This document shows positions 47,071-61,819 of a stretch of DNA of 64,000 nt, piece after piece. Each line of letters opens with the position of its first letter. The first letter of the stretch is position 1. Made by a program: the position numbers and the translations under genes. The stretch lies in the NCBI RefSeq assembly GCF_902713615.1, contig NW_024055458.1, positions 606,655 to 670,654 on the forward strand, given 5' to 3'. The DNA is from Scyliorhinus canicula (lineage: Eukaryota). The notes below the pieces were generated by a model, which made no database searches, was not told the origin of the DNA, and worked only from the letters and a program-made list of their open reading frames with translations.

Positions 47071-48975
47071 GTGTTGACCGATTTAATGGCTGGAGGATAG
47101 GGGCAGGTCATGTGATCAAACCTCCAGGAATACATTTAATCAAAGTTGGCGAAGAGAGAATGTTGTGAATTTCTATCCTAAACTGACAGTGAGGTTTCTG
47201 TAAATTTACAGGATACTGGAAGTGGAGGTTTAACAGACGGGAAACACAAACCAAACGTCACATCGCGATCTGACAGATCACTCGGTTCATCAGAACCTGA
47301 ATTTCAGCAGCATCTGGGTGTGGAAGGTAAAAGGTTTGTCTGTTCTGTCTGTGAGGGAAGATTTGCCATGCTAAATTGCCCGTAGTGTAAGGTTAATGGG
47401 GGGATTGTTGGGTTACGGGTTACGTGGGTTTAAGTGGGGTGATCATTGCTCGGCACAACATCGAGGGCCGAAGGGCCTGTTCTGTGCTGTACTATTCTAT
47501 TTCAGATCTCAGTGTGACTGGAAAAGCCCCGAGATTCACAAACCCTGGTTAGACCAAACCAGGAGAACTGTGTTCAGTTCTGGGCATCAAACCTGAGGAA
47601 GGATAGAATGGCCTCGGAGGGAGTGTAGCACAGATTGACCTGAGTGATATCTGAACCCCCCCCCCAGGGTTAAATTACAAAACTAGATGACACAAAAGAG
47701 TCAGAGACATGATGGCACAGAGAATGGCATTCGGCCCATTGAGTCCATGCTAGCTCTCTGGAGCAATCCAGTCAGTGCCATTCTCCTGCTCCATCCCTGT
47801 ATCCTCGCAGGTTTATTTCCCTCAAATCCAATTTCCTTTTGAAATCAAATGATTCATTGTGTCCATTTCCAAACTCCCTCCTCGGCAGCAAGTTTCAGGT
47901 CATTGCCGCTCGCTGTGTAAAAACATATATCTCATATCACCTCATATCTCCTGTACCTTTTACATACAAACTTGGATCAGGCCACTCGGCCCCTCGAGCC
48001 TGCTCAGCATTCAATTAGACTGCGGCTGATCTCATTCTAACCTCAACTCCACATTCTTGCCTACCCCGATGACCTTTCACCCCCTTGCCCATCAAGAATG
48101 TATCCAGCTCTGCGTTAAAAATATTCAATGACTCTGCTTCCACTGCCTTTTAACGACGTGAGTTCCAAAGTCTTACAACCCTCAAGAGAATAAAAAATCC
48201 TCATCTCCATCTGAAATGGGTGACCCCTTATTTTGCAACAGTGACCCCTTGTTCCAGATTCTCCCACAAGAGGAAACATCCTCTCTGCATCCACCCTGTC
48301 AAGACCCCTCAGGATCTGATATAGTTCAATCCAGGTTTTACCCAAAACTTTCAATCTGTGTCCTGACAGATTAACTTAATTCCACCCTATCTACGTATCT
48401 GCTTGTACGATCAGTGAATGGAAAGAGTTTCTTTGTCTACCCGATGGAAATCTGGCAAAATCTTTTGGACCAGAATCAAATCTCCCCTCAACCTCCTTTG
48501 CTGGAACCATACTGGTAAATCTCCTCAGCACCTTCTCAAGAACCTTCACATCCTCCCTGAAGAGTGGTGACCAGAGCTTTATAAAGATGCATAGAATAGA
48601 AATAGAATCATAGAATTCCGAAGGTGCAGAATGAGGCCAATCGGCCCATCAAGTCTGCACTGATCCTCTGAAAGGGCACTTGTTTGGGCCCACATTCCTA
48701 CCCTGTCCCTGTGACCCCCATAGCCCCACATAACCTGCACATCCCAGGACACTAATGGGTAATTTATCAAGGCCAATCCACCTAACGTTCCCTTTAGACT
48801 GTTGGAGGAAACCTGAGCACTGGCTGGAAATCCACACAGACACGGGGAGAAAGTGCAAACTCCACACAGTCACCAAGGCCGGAATTGAACCCGAGTCCCT
48901 GGCGCCGTGAGGCAGCAGTGCTAATCACCGTGCCACCAGAAGCATAGTTTTGGTATCAATATTACTGTTTATGAA

Positions 48976-49352
48976 TAAAAGCAAATTACTGCGGATGCTG
49001 GAATCTGAAGCCAAAGAGAAAATGCTGGAACATCTCAGCAGGTCTGGCAGCATCTGTAGGGAAGGAAAAGAGTTAACAAAGGACCATGAAATGAAAATGA
49101 AATGAAAATGGCTTATTGTCACGAGTAGGCTTCAATGAAGTTACTGTGAAAAGCCCCTAGTCGCCACATTCCGGCGCCTGTTCGGGGAGGCTGGTACGGG
49201 AATCGAACCGTGCTGCTGGCCTGCTTGGTCTGCTAAAAGCCAGCGATTTAGCTGAGTGAGCTAAACCAGCCCCTCTGGACTCAACATGAGATCTTTTCTC
49301 TCCCTACAGATGCTGCCAGACCTGCTGAGATGTTCCAGCATTTTCTCTTTGG
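48976..49352. mobile_element. Composite insertion: Penelope-terminus-like inverted repeat around a SINE, with 14-bp TSD
   Basis: Perfect 52-bp IR at 49011-49062 and 49301-49352; TSD ttactgtttatgaa at 48962 and 49353; empty site at 20683. Confidence 0.75.
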
Positions 49353-49728
49353 TTACTGTTTATGAAGCTCAAGATTGAATTTGCTTTGCCAACTATTCTC
49401 TTTAATATGACTTGTAGATATACAAAATCCCTCTTCACCTCTTTCTCACTCCTCCCAAAGAGGCCAGTTGGGTTTTTGTGACAATCCAGCAGTTTTCATG
49501 GTCACTTTTTCCCAGTGCCAGCCCCACAAATGACCAGAATCATTCAGCTCAATTTCACAACCTGCCTTTGTGTTTTTGTGGGTTCTCTCTCACTCCCTAT
49601 TTTCTGTTTTAAATCACTTTCACAGGGTGTTCGAAGGGGAGGCTTCAAAGTCCGGAAACTCAAACCAAGCATCACATTAGGATCTGACAAGAGCCCTCAA
49701 TTTTTCATATCCTGAATATCAGCGGATA

Positions 49729-50574
49729 TTGAACATGGAAGGAAAAAGCATCGTTCACAGTGGGGAGAAACCGTACACGTCATCGGGCCCCATGAGACAG
49801 AAATGCAGTCACACTGAGGAGAAACTGTGGAAATGTGCGGACTGTGGGAAAGGATTCACTTCCCCATCCAAGCTGGAAACTCATCGACGTGTTCACACTG
49901 GGGAGAGGCCATTCACCTGCTCCACGTGTGGGAAGGGATTCACTCAGTCAGCCAACCTGCTGAGTCACCAGCGAGTTCACACTGGGGAGAGACCGTTCAC
50001 CTGCTCCACGTGTGGGAAGGGATTCACTCAGTCAGTCCACCTGCTGAGTCACCAACGAGTTCACACTGGGGAGAGACCGTTCACCTGCTCCACGTGTGGG
50101 AAGGGATTCACTGATTCATCCCACCTGCTGAGTCACCAGCGAGTTCACACTGGGGAGAGACCATTCACCTGCACCGAGTGTGGGAAGGGATTCACTCAGT
50201 CATCCTACCTGCTGAGTCACCAGCGAGTTCACACTGGGGAGAGACCGTTCACCTGCTCCACGTGTGGGAAGGGATTTGCTCATTCATCCCACCTGCTGAG
50301 ACACCAGCGAGTTCACACTGATTAGAGACCGTTTCAATGTCCAGACTGTGGGAAGAGCTATAAAAGTTCTGGGGAATTGATGTGTCATCAACGTGTTCAC
50401 ACTGATGAGAGACCGTTCAGGTGCTCTCACTGTGGGACTGGGTTCAGACAATCCTCTTACCTCACCGTACATCAGCGAATTCACACTGGGGAGAGGCCAT
50501 TCACCTGCTCCGAGTGTGGGAAGGGATTCACTCAGTTATCCCACCTGCTGAGACACCAGCGAGGCCACAAGTAA
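49729..50574 (+). pseudogene. C2H2 ZNF paralog of 21199-22251 with finger-1 deletion and in-frame TAG
   Basis: GAG->TAG at 50323-50325, frame continues to the same RGHK* end; 6 fingers before the stop and 3 after. Confidence 0.85.
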
Positions 50575-51177
50575 CCACAGTGATTGGATTTTGCTGTGAA
50601 CTCACATTCAGGACTGAACCATGTTCATTTGGGTCTCTTTCTCCTGATAATAAACTCCAGCCCATTTACAGGGGCTAATATTGTGGCTGAAAGTTAAATA
50701 AATTAGAATTATGTTAAATATGCAGTGTTGAAATTTTTTAATATCTCTGACACAAGTTAGTTCCTTTTTTTTTATAAATTTAGATTATCCAATTATTTTT
50801 TCCAATTAAGGGGCAATTTAGCTTGGCCAATCCACCTACTCTGCACATTTTTGGGTTGTGGGGACGAAACCCACGCAGACACGGGGAGAATGTGCAAACT
50901 CCACACGGACAGTGACCCAGAGCCGGGATCGAACCTGGGACCTCAGCGCCGTGAGGCGGTTGTGCTAACCACTAGGCCACCGTGCTGCCCTAGTTAGTTC
51001 CTTTTGAAGTACTCTCGCTCTCCCCTGTCTCTTCCATCCTCACCTCCAACAAGAGTCTGAGGAGCTTGTGAAGCTTCTTTGTGACATGAGATTGAGTCAA
51101 TCCGATCAGCTGCCTCTGCTGCTTCCCTCCCTTCCACGAGCCCACCGGACCAAACTGTCTCTAAATTTCATCCTTTT

Positions 51178-53635
51178 GACTTCTGGTGGCGGCCATGGAG
51201 TAGGAGGTCGCGCATTTGGGAGCTCCCACTCGTGACGGACCATTTGAACCTATTCTCCCGATTTGTTTCGGAATTCTATTAGAAACATCGGCGGAGAGTG
51301 AGACAGTGAGGAGAAATCCCCCACCAGTATGTGGTGCCGTGGACCAGAAATGGTTGTCCAAGAAGAATTAGTTGAGCAGCGAAGCTGACTGTAGAACCTG
51401 CAGGAGAGCTTCGCCAAGCAAATGAAGGCAACCTAATTAATTTTCTTTTTTTCTCCCATGTGCACAAAGCGTACTGCCGGATCGACTTCTTTATTCTGAG
51501 CATGGTTCTACTGGTGGGGGTGGTTGATACCGAATATTCGGCAATTGCTGTGTCGGACCATGCCCCACATTGGGTGGATTTACGGGTGAATAAGGAGAGA
51601 GGGCAGCGCCCGCAATGGAGGTTGGGTGTGGGACTGTTGGCGGATGAGTGGGTGTGCGGGTGGGTGAGGGAATCTATCCAGAACTATTTGGAAATAAATG
51701 ACACGGGGGATGTCTCGGCAGCAACGGTTTGGGAAGCGCTGAAGGCAGTGGTTAGGGGGGAGTTAATGTCGATACAGACCCATAGGGAAAAGGTGGAGCG
51801 AGCAGAGAGGGACAGGGTAGTTGGGGAAATACTCCAGGTGGACAGGACATATTCGGAGGCCCTGGAGGCGGGGTTATTGAAGGAGTGGCAGGGGCTACAA
51901 ATGGAGTTTGAGCTGTTATCTGGAGGGAAGGCGGAGGAGTAACTGAGGAAGGCGAGGGAGGAGCGGTATACGAGTATGGTGAGAAGGCCAGTACGATGCT
52001 AGCGCACGGGCTGAGGAAAAGGGAGGCGGCCAGGGAGCTTGGAAGAGTGAAGGACAGAGGTGGGAACCCGGTCTTGGACCCTGCAGGGGTGAACGGGGTG
52101 TTTAAGGAGTTTTACAGCAAGTTATATGAGTCAGAACCCCAGCTAGGGTAGAGGGGCTGAGGCAGTTTCTGGGTGAGTTGAAGTCCGAAGGAAGGACTGG
52201 TGGAGGGGTCGGGTGCCCCGACTGGAATTGAAGAAATAGTAGAGGGGCTGGAGGCCAGACATTGGGTAAGGCCCTGGGACCAGACAGCTACCCAGTGGAA
52301 TTTTATAAGTTCTCGGAGATGCTGGGCCCGCTGCTGGTGAGGGTATTTAATGAGGCAAGGGAGCGGGGTGCCCTTCCCCCAACAATGTCACAGGCCTTGA
52401 TCCTGAAGGAGAAGGACCCTGAGCTATGCGGGTCATATAGGCCAATCTCCCTATTGAATGTGGATGCCAAACTGTTGGCCAGAATATTGGCCTCAAGGCT
52501 AGAGGGCTGTGTCCCTGAGGTGATAGGGGAAGTCCAGACGGGGTTTGTGAAGGGCAGGCAACTTACCAATGTCAGAAGGCTCTTAAACGTTATGAGAGGT
52601 GGGAGAGGGAAAGGTATCGATATCTACAAAGAACTCATGGAGTCGGGGGAAACTCAGATAGAGGAGCTAAAGGGCAAATGGGAAGAGGAGCTCTGGGGAG
52701 GGATAGAGGCCGGTCTGTGGGCGGATGCCTTGAGCAGAGTCAATACGTCCTCATCATGTGCCAGACTCAGCCTGATACAATTTTTAGTCGTTCACAGGGC
52801 AGACATTTTAAAAAAGATTTAGAGTATCCAATTTATTTTTCCAATTAAAGGGCAATTTAGCATGGCCAATCCACCTTGGGGTTGTGGGGGTGAAACCCAC
52901 GCAAGCACAGGCAGAATGTGCAAACTCCACATGGACAGTGACCCAGAGCCGGGATCGAACCTGGGACTTTGGCGCCATGAGGCAGCGATTCTAACCACTG
53001 TGCCATCGTGCTGCCCCGTTCACCGGGCACACATGCCGGTGGCCTGGATGAGCAGGTTTTTTGGGGTAGAGGAGAGGTGTGTGGTGGGGGACAGCAAGTA
53101 ATGTCCGTATGTTCTGGGCCTGCCTGAAGCTTGGGGGATTCTGGCAGGGTTTTGCAGATGTCATGTCCACGGACCTAAAAACACGGGTGGTGCCGAGTCC
53201 AGAGGTGGCGGATTTTGGAGTGTCGGCAGTCCAGGAGGCGAGAGAGGTTGATGTCTTGGCCTTTGCCTCCCTGGTAGCCCGGAGACGGATATTGCTAGCG
53301 TGGAGGGACTCGAAGCCCCCGGAATCAGAGATCTGGGTTAGCGAAGTGGCTGGATTTCTCAGACTTGAAAAATCAAGTTTGCCCTCAGAGGGTCAATGCT
53401 CGGGTTCATCAGGAGGTGGCAGCCGTTTGTCGACTTCTTTAGAGAAAATTAACTGTCAGCAGAGGCAAAAAACTTAAAGGGGGATAGTTAGGCTATTCTC
53501 TGTTGAGGGTAAGAGGGACTTGTTAGGGTGGAGATGATTTATGTACGATGTTTTATGTGGATTTGCATTGTTTACTGTTGTCACTTATTATTATAAAATT
53601 ACAAAACCTTAACAAAATGTATTTTTTAAAAAAAT
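51178..53635 (+). mobile_element. L1-clade LINE with large internal deletions; tail-B SINE inserted at ~52807-53017
   Basis: AYCRIDFF...SDHAP (EN end), WEALKAVVRG, GPDSYPVEFYK...YRPISLLNVDAKLLARILASRL...QTGFVKGR (RT), MFWAC..L..FW C-terminus, A-rich end. Confidence 0.85.
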
Positions 53636-53649
53636 CAACATCACCAAAA

Positions 53650-53800
53650 TCAGATCATCTGCACATTGCCACATTGCTGTTTGTGCCATGTTGCTTTGTG
53701 GAAATTGGCTGCTGCATTTCCTATAACTGTGACAACACTTCAGAAGCTCTTTGGGACATGCTGGGGTTGTGAAAGGCGCTACAGAAGTGCAAGTTTTAAA
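53650..53800 (+). mobile_element. Old SINE/L2-type 3' tail (Deu-SINE-like)
   Basis: ctttgggacatgctggggttgtgaaaggcgctacagaagtgcaag resembles L2-derived SINE tails, from memory. Confidence 0.4.
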
Positions 53801-55344
53801 TTGAAGATTGATGCTTTCTGATATTAATTGATTTCAGACATCCCCAATTAATAAATTTGCTTTGGTTCGGACAAGACTTTAACCAATTAAATCAAAGGCA
53901 GAATTCTGGACAGTAAATTTAAAAAGGAGTTTTTTAAAAGAAAAGCTTCACTGACTGACTTGAAGACATTGACGTTTACAACTTCATGCAGGTGATCAGT
54001 CTGTGGAAGCGTAACCCTCCCTGGCTCCTTCTTTGACACTAATTTCCTTGGAACCCGGCCTCGAGAGTCTTCAGTACTTGGCCAGCAAGGAAGGCCTTCA
54101 GATCCTCTACTTTTACCCCCAAAGTGACCATTACCTCATGTCAGAGTTGGGCCTGTTGTAACGTAACCATTGGTCAATCAGGCACTAGTTTAATTGAATT
54201 GGATTCCCAATTACTGACACCACCTTCTCTCATTACCTTTGGCAGGAATACAATTGAACAGTTTCATACTATCCTTTTATCTGATTCTGTACAACCCCTT
54301 ATTCAAACAGTTTCAAATGTTGAGGCTAATCAGAGTTGGAAGGTCTCCCTTGCCGGTACATTTATCCTCATCGCACATTCTTTATATACACAGCGATTAA
54401 GCTTTTATATTTTTACAACAAATAAAACTCAGACTTTTACTGGAACTACTGATTCATTATTGTTTAATTAATTGTAACTCAATTAAGGATCATTACTTAT
54501 TTCATCATGTTACAGACTTGTAGCTAATTAATACATTAATATTTAATTTATACATTTGGTTTATACATACACTGCTTATCTACTGAGTAGTACTACACTC
54601 AGTATGCTTCACACGGTGTCTGTGTCTATGTATTTACATTCTGTATTTATCGGCTGTCCTACATTGTTTCATGTATGGAACGATCTGTCTGGACTGTACG
54701 CAGAACAATACTTTTCACTGTACCTCGGTACACGTGACAATAAATCAAATCCAATCAAAGAGACAGTTTCTGACTCATGTTCAGATTGAACAATGAGCCT
54801 TCTTAAAAATTATTCATTCATGGGAGGTGGGGGTCACTGGCTGGACCAGCATTTACTGCTCATTCCAATTGCCCTTGAACTGCGTGTCTTGTGAGGCTAT
54901 TTCAAGGGACACTTACAAATCAACCACAACATTGCTGCGGATCTGGAGTCACGTGTCGGCCAGGCCACATAGAATGTCCATAAATTAGGAGGGGAATGTG
55001 CAACAGGACCTGGGTATCCTCGTACATCAGTCACTGAAGGTAAACATGTAGCTACAGCAGGCGGTAAAGAAGGCAAATGCTATGCTAGCCTTCATTGTGA
55101 GCGAATTCGAGGACAGGAGAAGGGATATCATGCAGCAATTGTGCAGGGCCTTGGCGAGGCCGTACCTGGAATATTGTGAGCAGTTTTGGTCTCTTTATCG
55201 AAGGATCTTCTTGCTTGAGAGGGAGTGCAGCGAAGGTTTACCAGACAGATTCTTGGGATGGTGGGACTGACGTATGAGAAATGGAATGTGTTAGGATTGT
55301 ATTCTCTGGCTTTCAGAAGAATGAGGGGGGCTCTCATAGAAACC

Positions 55345-57570
55345 TATAATACATATAGATACATAGAAGACATGAGGGCTTTTGAGCCTGCTCCGCCTTT
55401 TTATCATGATCATGGCTGATCATCCAACTCAATATCCTAATCCTGCTTTCTCCCCAAAGCCTTCGATCCCATTCTCCCCAAGTGCTATATCCAGCCGCCT
55501 CTTAAATATATTCAATGTTTTAGCATCAACTACTTCCTGTGGTAATGAATTCCACAGGCTCACCACTCTTTGGGTGAAGAAATGTCTCCTCATCTCTGTC
55601 CGAAATGGTTTACCCTGAATCCTAAGGCCCCTGAATTAGAAAAAATGAATCTCAGACCCCCTGGTTCTGGACACCCCCATCATTGGTAACATCTTCCCTG
55701 TCTAGTCCTGTTAGAATTTTAAAGTCTCTATGAGATTCCCCCCTCATTCTTCTGAACTCCAGCGAGAACAATCCCAACCTCATCGATCTCTCCTCATATG
55801 ACAGTCCTGCCATCCCTGGAATCAGCCAGGTAAACCTTCGCTGCACTCCCTCGAAAGCAAGAACACCCTTCCTCAGAGAAGGAGACCAAAACTGTGCACA
55901 ATATTCTCGGTGTGGCCTCATCATGGACATGTACAATTGCACTAACACATCCCTGCTTCTGTACTCGAAACCTCTCGCAATGAAGGCCAACATACCATTA
56001 GCCGGGGCGGCATGTGGCGCAGTGGTTAGCACTGGGACTGCGACGCTAAGGACCCAGGTTTGAATCCTGGCCCTGGGTCACTGTGGCGTTTGCACATTCT
56101 CCCCATGTCTGCTTGGGTTTCAGCCCCACAACTCAAAGATGTGCCGGTTAGGTGGATTGGCCATGCTAAATTGCCCCGTAATTGGAGAAAAAAATAATTG
56201 AGTACTCTATTTATCTTAAACAAAACATACCATTAACCTTGTTGCCCGCCTGCTGCACCTGCATGCTTACCTTCAGCAACTGGTGCACAAGGACACCCAG
56301 GTCCTGCTGCACACTTCCCTCTCCCAATTTACAACCATCCAGGTAGTAATCTGCCTTCCTGTTTTTGCTTCCAAAGTGAATAACCTCACACTTATCCAAA
56401 TTATACTGCATCTGCCATTGATTTGCCCACTCGCCCAACCTGTCCAGATCATGCTGCAGGATCCCTGCATCCTCGTCACAGTTCACCGTCCCACCCAACT
56501 TGGTATCATCTGCAAACTTTGAGATGTTACATTTTGTTCCCTCATCCAAATTATTAATATATATTGTGAATAGCTGGGGTCCCAGCACCAAACCCTGTGG
56601 TACACCACTAGTTACTGCCTGCCAATTTGAAAAGGACCGATTAATTCCTACTCTTTGTTTCCTCTCTGCCAACCAGTTTTCTATCCACCTCAATGCACTT
56701 CTCCTAATCCCATGGGCTTTAATTTTGCACAATAATCTCTTAGGCAGAACTTTGTCAAACGCCGTCTGAAAGTCCAAATATACCACATCGACTGGCTCCC
56801 CCTTGTCAACTGTACTGGTTACATCTTCAAAGAATTCCAACAGATTTGTCAAGCATGATTTCCCCTTCATAATCCATGCCGACTCTGACTGATCCTGCCA
56901 CTGCTTTCTAAATGTTTTGCTATAAAGCCCTTGATAATGGATTCAAAAATTTTCCCCATTACCGATGTTAGGCTTACTGGTCCATAATTCCCTGCTTTCT
57001 CTCTACAGAACCAAAGTATGTATTCAATTGCTCAGCCATTTCTTTGCCCCTTATTTTGCATTCCCCTGTTTCTGTCTGTAGGGGGCCTACATTTCTCTTT
57101 ACCAATCACTTTCTCTTCACATATAGAAACTCTGAGTGTCAGTCTTTATGTTCCCTGCAAGCTTACTTTCATACTGTACTTTCCCCTTCTTAATCAATCC
57201 CGTTGTCCTACTTTGCTGAATTCTAAAATGCACCCAATCCTCAGATCTATTATTTTTCTTGGCCAATCTGTATGCTTCTTCCTTGGATCGCATACTATTT
57301 CTAATTTGCTTTGTAAGCCATGGATTGGCCCTCTTACCCATTTTGCTTTTGTGCCAGACAGGAATGAACAGTTGCTGTCGTTCCCCCATGCGGTCCTTGA
57401 ATGTTTGCCGTTGCCTATCCACTGTCATCCCTTTAAGTAACTCTCCATAATCTATCAAGGCCAACTCATGCCTCATATCTTCATAGTTCCCTTTATTAAG
57501 ATTCAGCACCCAAGTCTCCGAATCAACAACTTCACTCTCCATCGTGATAAAAATTATCATGTTATGATCG
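55345..57570 (-). mobile_element. CR1 ORF2 fragment (~2.2 kb) split by a tail-B SINE at 56001-56223
   Basis: Minus ORFs SDHNMI..., KGKSCLTNLLEFF...FADDTK..., RPHREYCAQFW; TSD aacataccatta at 55989 and 56224. Confidence 0.88.
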
Positions 57571-57909
57571 CTCATAATATTCTAACAGGACTTGATTTTC
57601 CCGATGGTGGGAGTGTACAGAATAAGAGGTCGCAATCTGAGGATACGGGGGAGACCATTTAGACACAGATGAAAAGAAATTTCTTCAACGAGAGAGTGGT
57701 GACCCTGTAGAATTTTTTAACACGGGAAATAGTTGAGGCCAATACATTGTATGTTTTCAACAAGCAGTTAGATATAGCACTTAGGGCGAAGGGGATTAAA
57801 GGATATGGAGGGGAAAGCGGAATTAAGATATTGAGTGGGATGATAAACCATGATCATAATGAATGGCAGAGCAGGCGCAAAGGGCCAAATGGCCTTTTCC
57901 TGCTCCTAT

Positions 57910-59170
<1,261 letters not shown>

Positions 59171-60374
59171 TCAGTGGAAGCCTTGTCTATACACGGAACA
59201 TGTGCACTGTCTCTCCTCACTGTGAATGGTGTGATGATTTTTCAGGCTGTGTAACCAGTTGAAGCTCTTTCCACAGTCAGTTCACTGGAACACTCTCACT
59301 CGGGTGTGTGCTGTGTGGGTCTCGGTGCTTTTCCAGTCACACTCATGTTTAAGATCTTTTGAAGCCGACAGATCGGACAAACATTTCTCCTTCTCACCAA
59401 TGATATTCAGAGCCCGTTGTTTTCAGATCAGAAGGAATCGAGTGAGTTTGTCACATCGAGACGTGATGTTTGAGATTTCTGTCTATAATTCCTCCTCTTC
59501 CAGTATCCTTTAAAAACAATTTACAAAAGTCTTCATTGTTAGTTCAGGATAGAAATTCAGAACAGACAACTCTAGTTCCTCTTTCGTTCTCCAAAAGCTG
59601 TAAATCTCCATCCCACACACTCTCCCTCCATTCTCACTCTGCTATATCTACTATTCACCCTCCCAATTATCCTGAAGATGCTGATTCATGCTGATTGACA
59701 GATCCCAGCTCAGCTCACTGCTTCCTGACCAGGACACAGAGATTTGAATAGGAGCAAGAGTAGGCCATTCGGCCCACCGAGTCTGCTCAACTATGCAATG
59801 AGACCCTTGGCCGATCTCCCTCGGCACCATTTTCCCACACAATCCCCATATCCGTCAGTATCTTCAATATCTGGAAACCTATCAATATTTGTCTTGAACA
59901 TACTTGGTGACTAGGCTCCATATTCCTCTGAGGTAGAGAACTCGGAAGCTTCATCACATCCCCGAGTGAAGAAATCCCGCTTATTCTCAGCTTTTACGCT
60001 ATTTTCCTATCTGTTCCCCATAACCCTTAACTGCATTGTCAATAAAATATGTTAAACTTGTGCTTCAATATATTCAATGACCCCCAGATACAACTGGTCC
60101 CTGTGGAAGAGAAATCCAAAGACTAACAACCCTCTGAGGGAAGAGATGACTGGAAATCTATAACGTAGCTACAGTCTTATATTACAAGAAGAGAAATAAT
60201 AATACGTTTACTTTATTATAGAACCGCAAATAATATATCTAATCTGTTCCATATACGAACACGAGACATATCTTTGTCCAATATTAATTTAATGTCCCCT
60301 GAAATGTCACCCATCTCCTGGGGAACTCACCCCTTTAATTGAGAACATTAGGAAAGAACCAATTCTTTTGTAAA

Positions 60375-61730
60375 TTAAATTTAGAGTAACCAATTATTTT
60401 TTTCCAATTAAGGTGCAATTTGGCATGGCCAATCCACTTACCCTGCATACCTTTGGGTTGTGGAGGTGAGACCCACGCAGACATTGGGAGAATGTGCAAA
60501 CTCCACACGGACAGTGACCCGGGCAGGGATCGAACCCGGGTCCTGGGTACCGTGAGGCAGCAGTGCTAACCACTGTGCCACCATGCCGCCGACAGGAAAA
60601 TATTTTCACCAGATAGGCTGGTGAACGGGAGTGAGAAGGGTGTGAAGCTGCAGTGGTTGAACCAGTTTTGGCTGGTTCGACAAGCTTAGCTTCTGGGGGG
60701 ACAGCATGGTGGCGCAGTGGGTTAGCACTGCTGCCTCACGGCACCGAGGGTCCCAGGTTCGATCCCGGCTCTGGGTCACTGTCCGTGTGAAGTTTGCACA
60801 TTCTCCCCGTGTTAGCGTGGGTTGCGCCCCCACAACCCAAAGATGTGCAGAATAGGTAGATTTGCCACGCTAAATTGCCCCTTAATTGGAAAAAATGAAT
60901 TGGCTCCTCTAAATTTTAAAAAAAGCTTAGCTTCTGGGTCGGAACCTAGGAGGGTGGGTGTGGATTCAATTTGTGTCTAGGTCGGGCGCTGATGGGAAAT
61001 GGGGGGTGGTGGGATGGGTTAGCGAGCTGATAGCTGGTGTGTGTGGCTGTCACCTTGGTGGACCCTTGGACCGACCTTTTGAAGATTTACTGGATAGTCC
61101 CTTATGGCTGATTCCGTAATGGGGAGGGGGGGGTGGGAGACCCCTGATTCGGGGCTGGTCACCTGGAACGTAAGGGGTTTGGGTAGACTAGTGAAGAGGT
61201 TAAGGCCATGCTAAATGGGCAGCACAGTAGCATTGTGGATAGCACAATCGCTTCACAGCTCCAGGGTCCCAGGTTCGATTCTGCCTTGGGTCACTGTCTG
61301 TGCGGAGTCTGCACATCCTCCCCGTGTGTGCGTGGGTTTCCTCCGGGTGCTCCGGTTTCCTCCCACAGTCCAAAGATGTGCGGGTTAGGTGGATTGGCCC
61401 TGATAAATTGCCCCTAGTGTCCAAAATTGCCCTTAGTGTTGGGTGGGGTTACTGAGTTATGGGGATGGGGTGGAGGTGTTGACCTTGGGTAGGGGGTAGG
61501 GTGCTCTTTCCAAGAGCCGGTGCAGACTCGATGGGCCGAATGGCCTCCTTCTGCAGTGTAAATTCTATGTAAATTGCGCTTCGTGTCCAAAATTGCCCTT
61601 AGTGTTGGGTCGGGTTACTGTGTTTTGGGGATAGGGTGGAGACGTGGGCTTGGGTCGGGTGCTCTTTCCAAGAGCCGGTGGAGACCCGATGGGCTGAATG
61701 GCCCCCTTCTGCACTGTAAATTCTATGATT
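60375..61730. mobile_element. SINE cluster: -60375-60590 (tail B), +60700-60925 (tail B), +61215-61570 (tail A) with tandemly duplicated tail to ~61730
   Basis: Heads, cores and tails seen directly. Confidence 0.82.
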
Positions 61731-61819
61731 CCAGACCAGACTGTGGAAGGGTGAGCCAAGTGTTTCACTCAATCTTAGACAAAGGGCTCAAGGCGTTGCA
61801 ATTCTAATCAATACACTTG

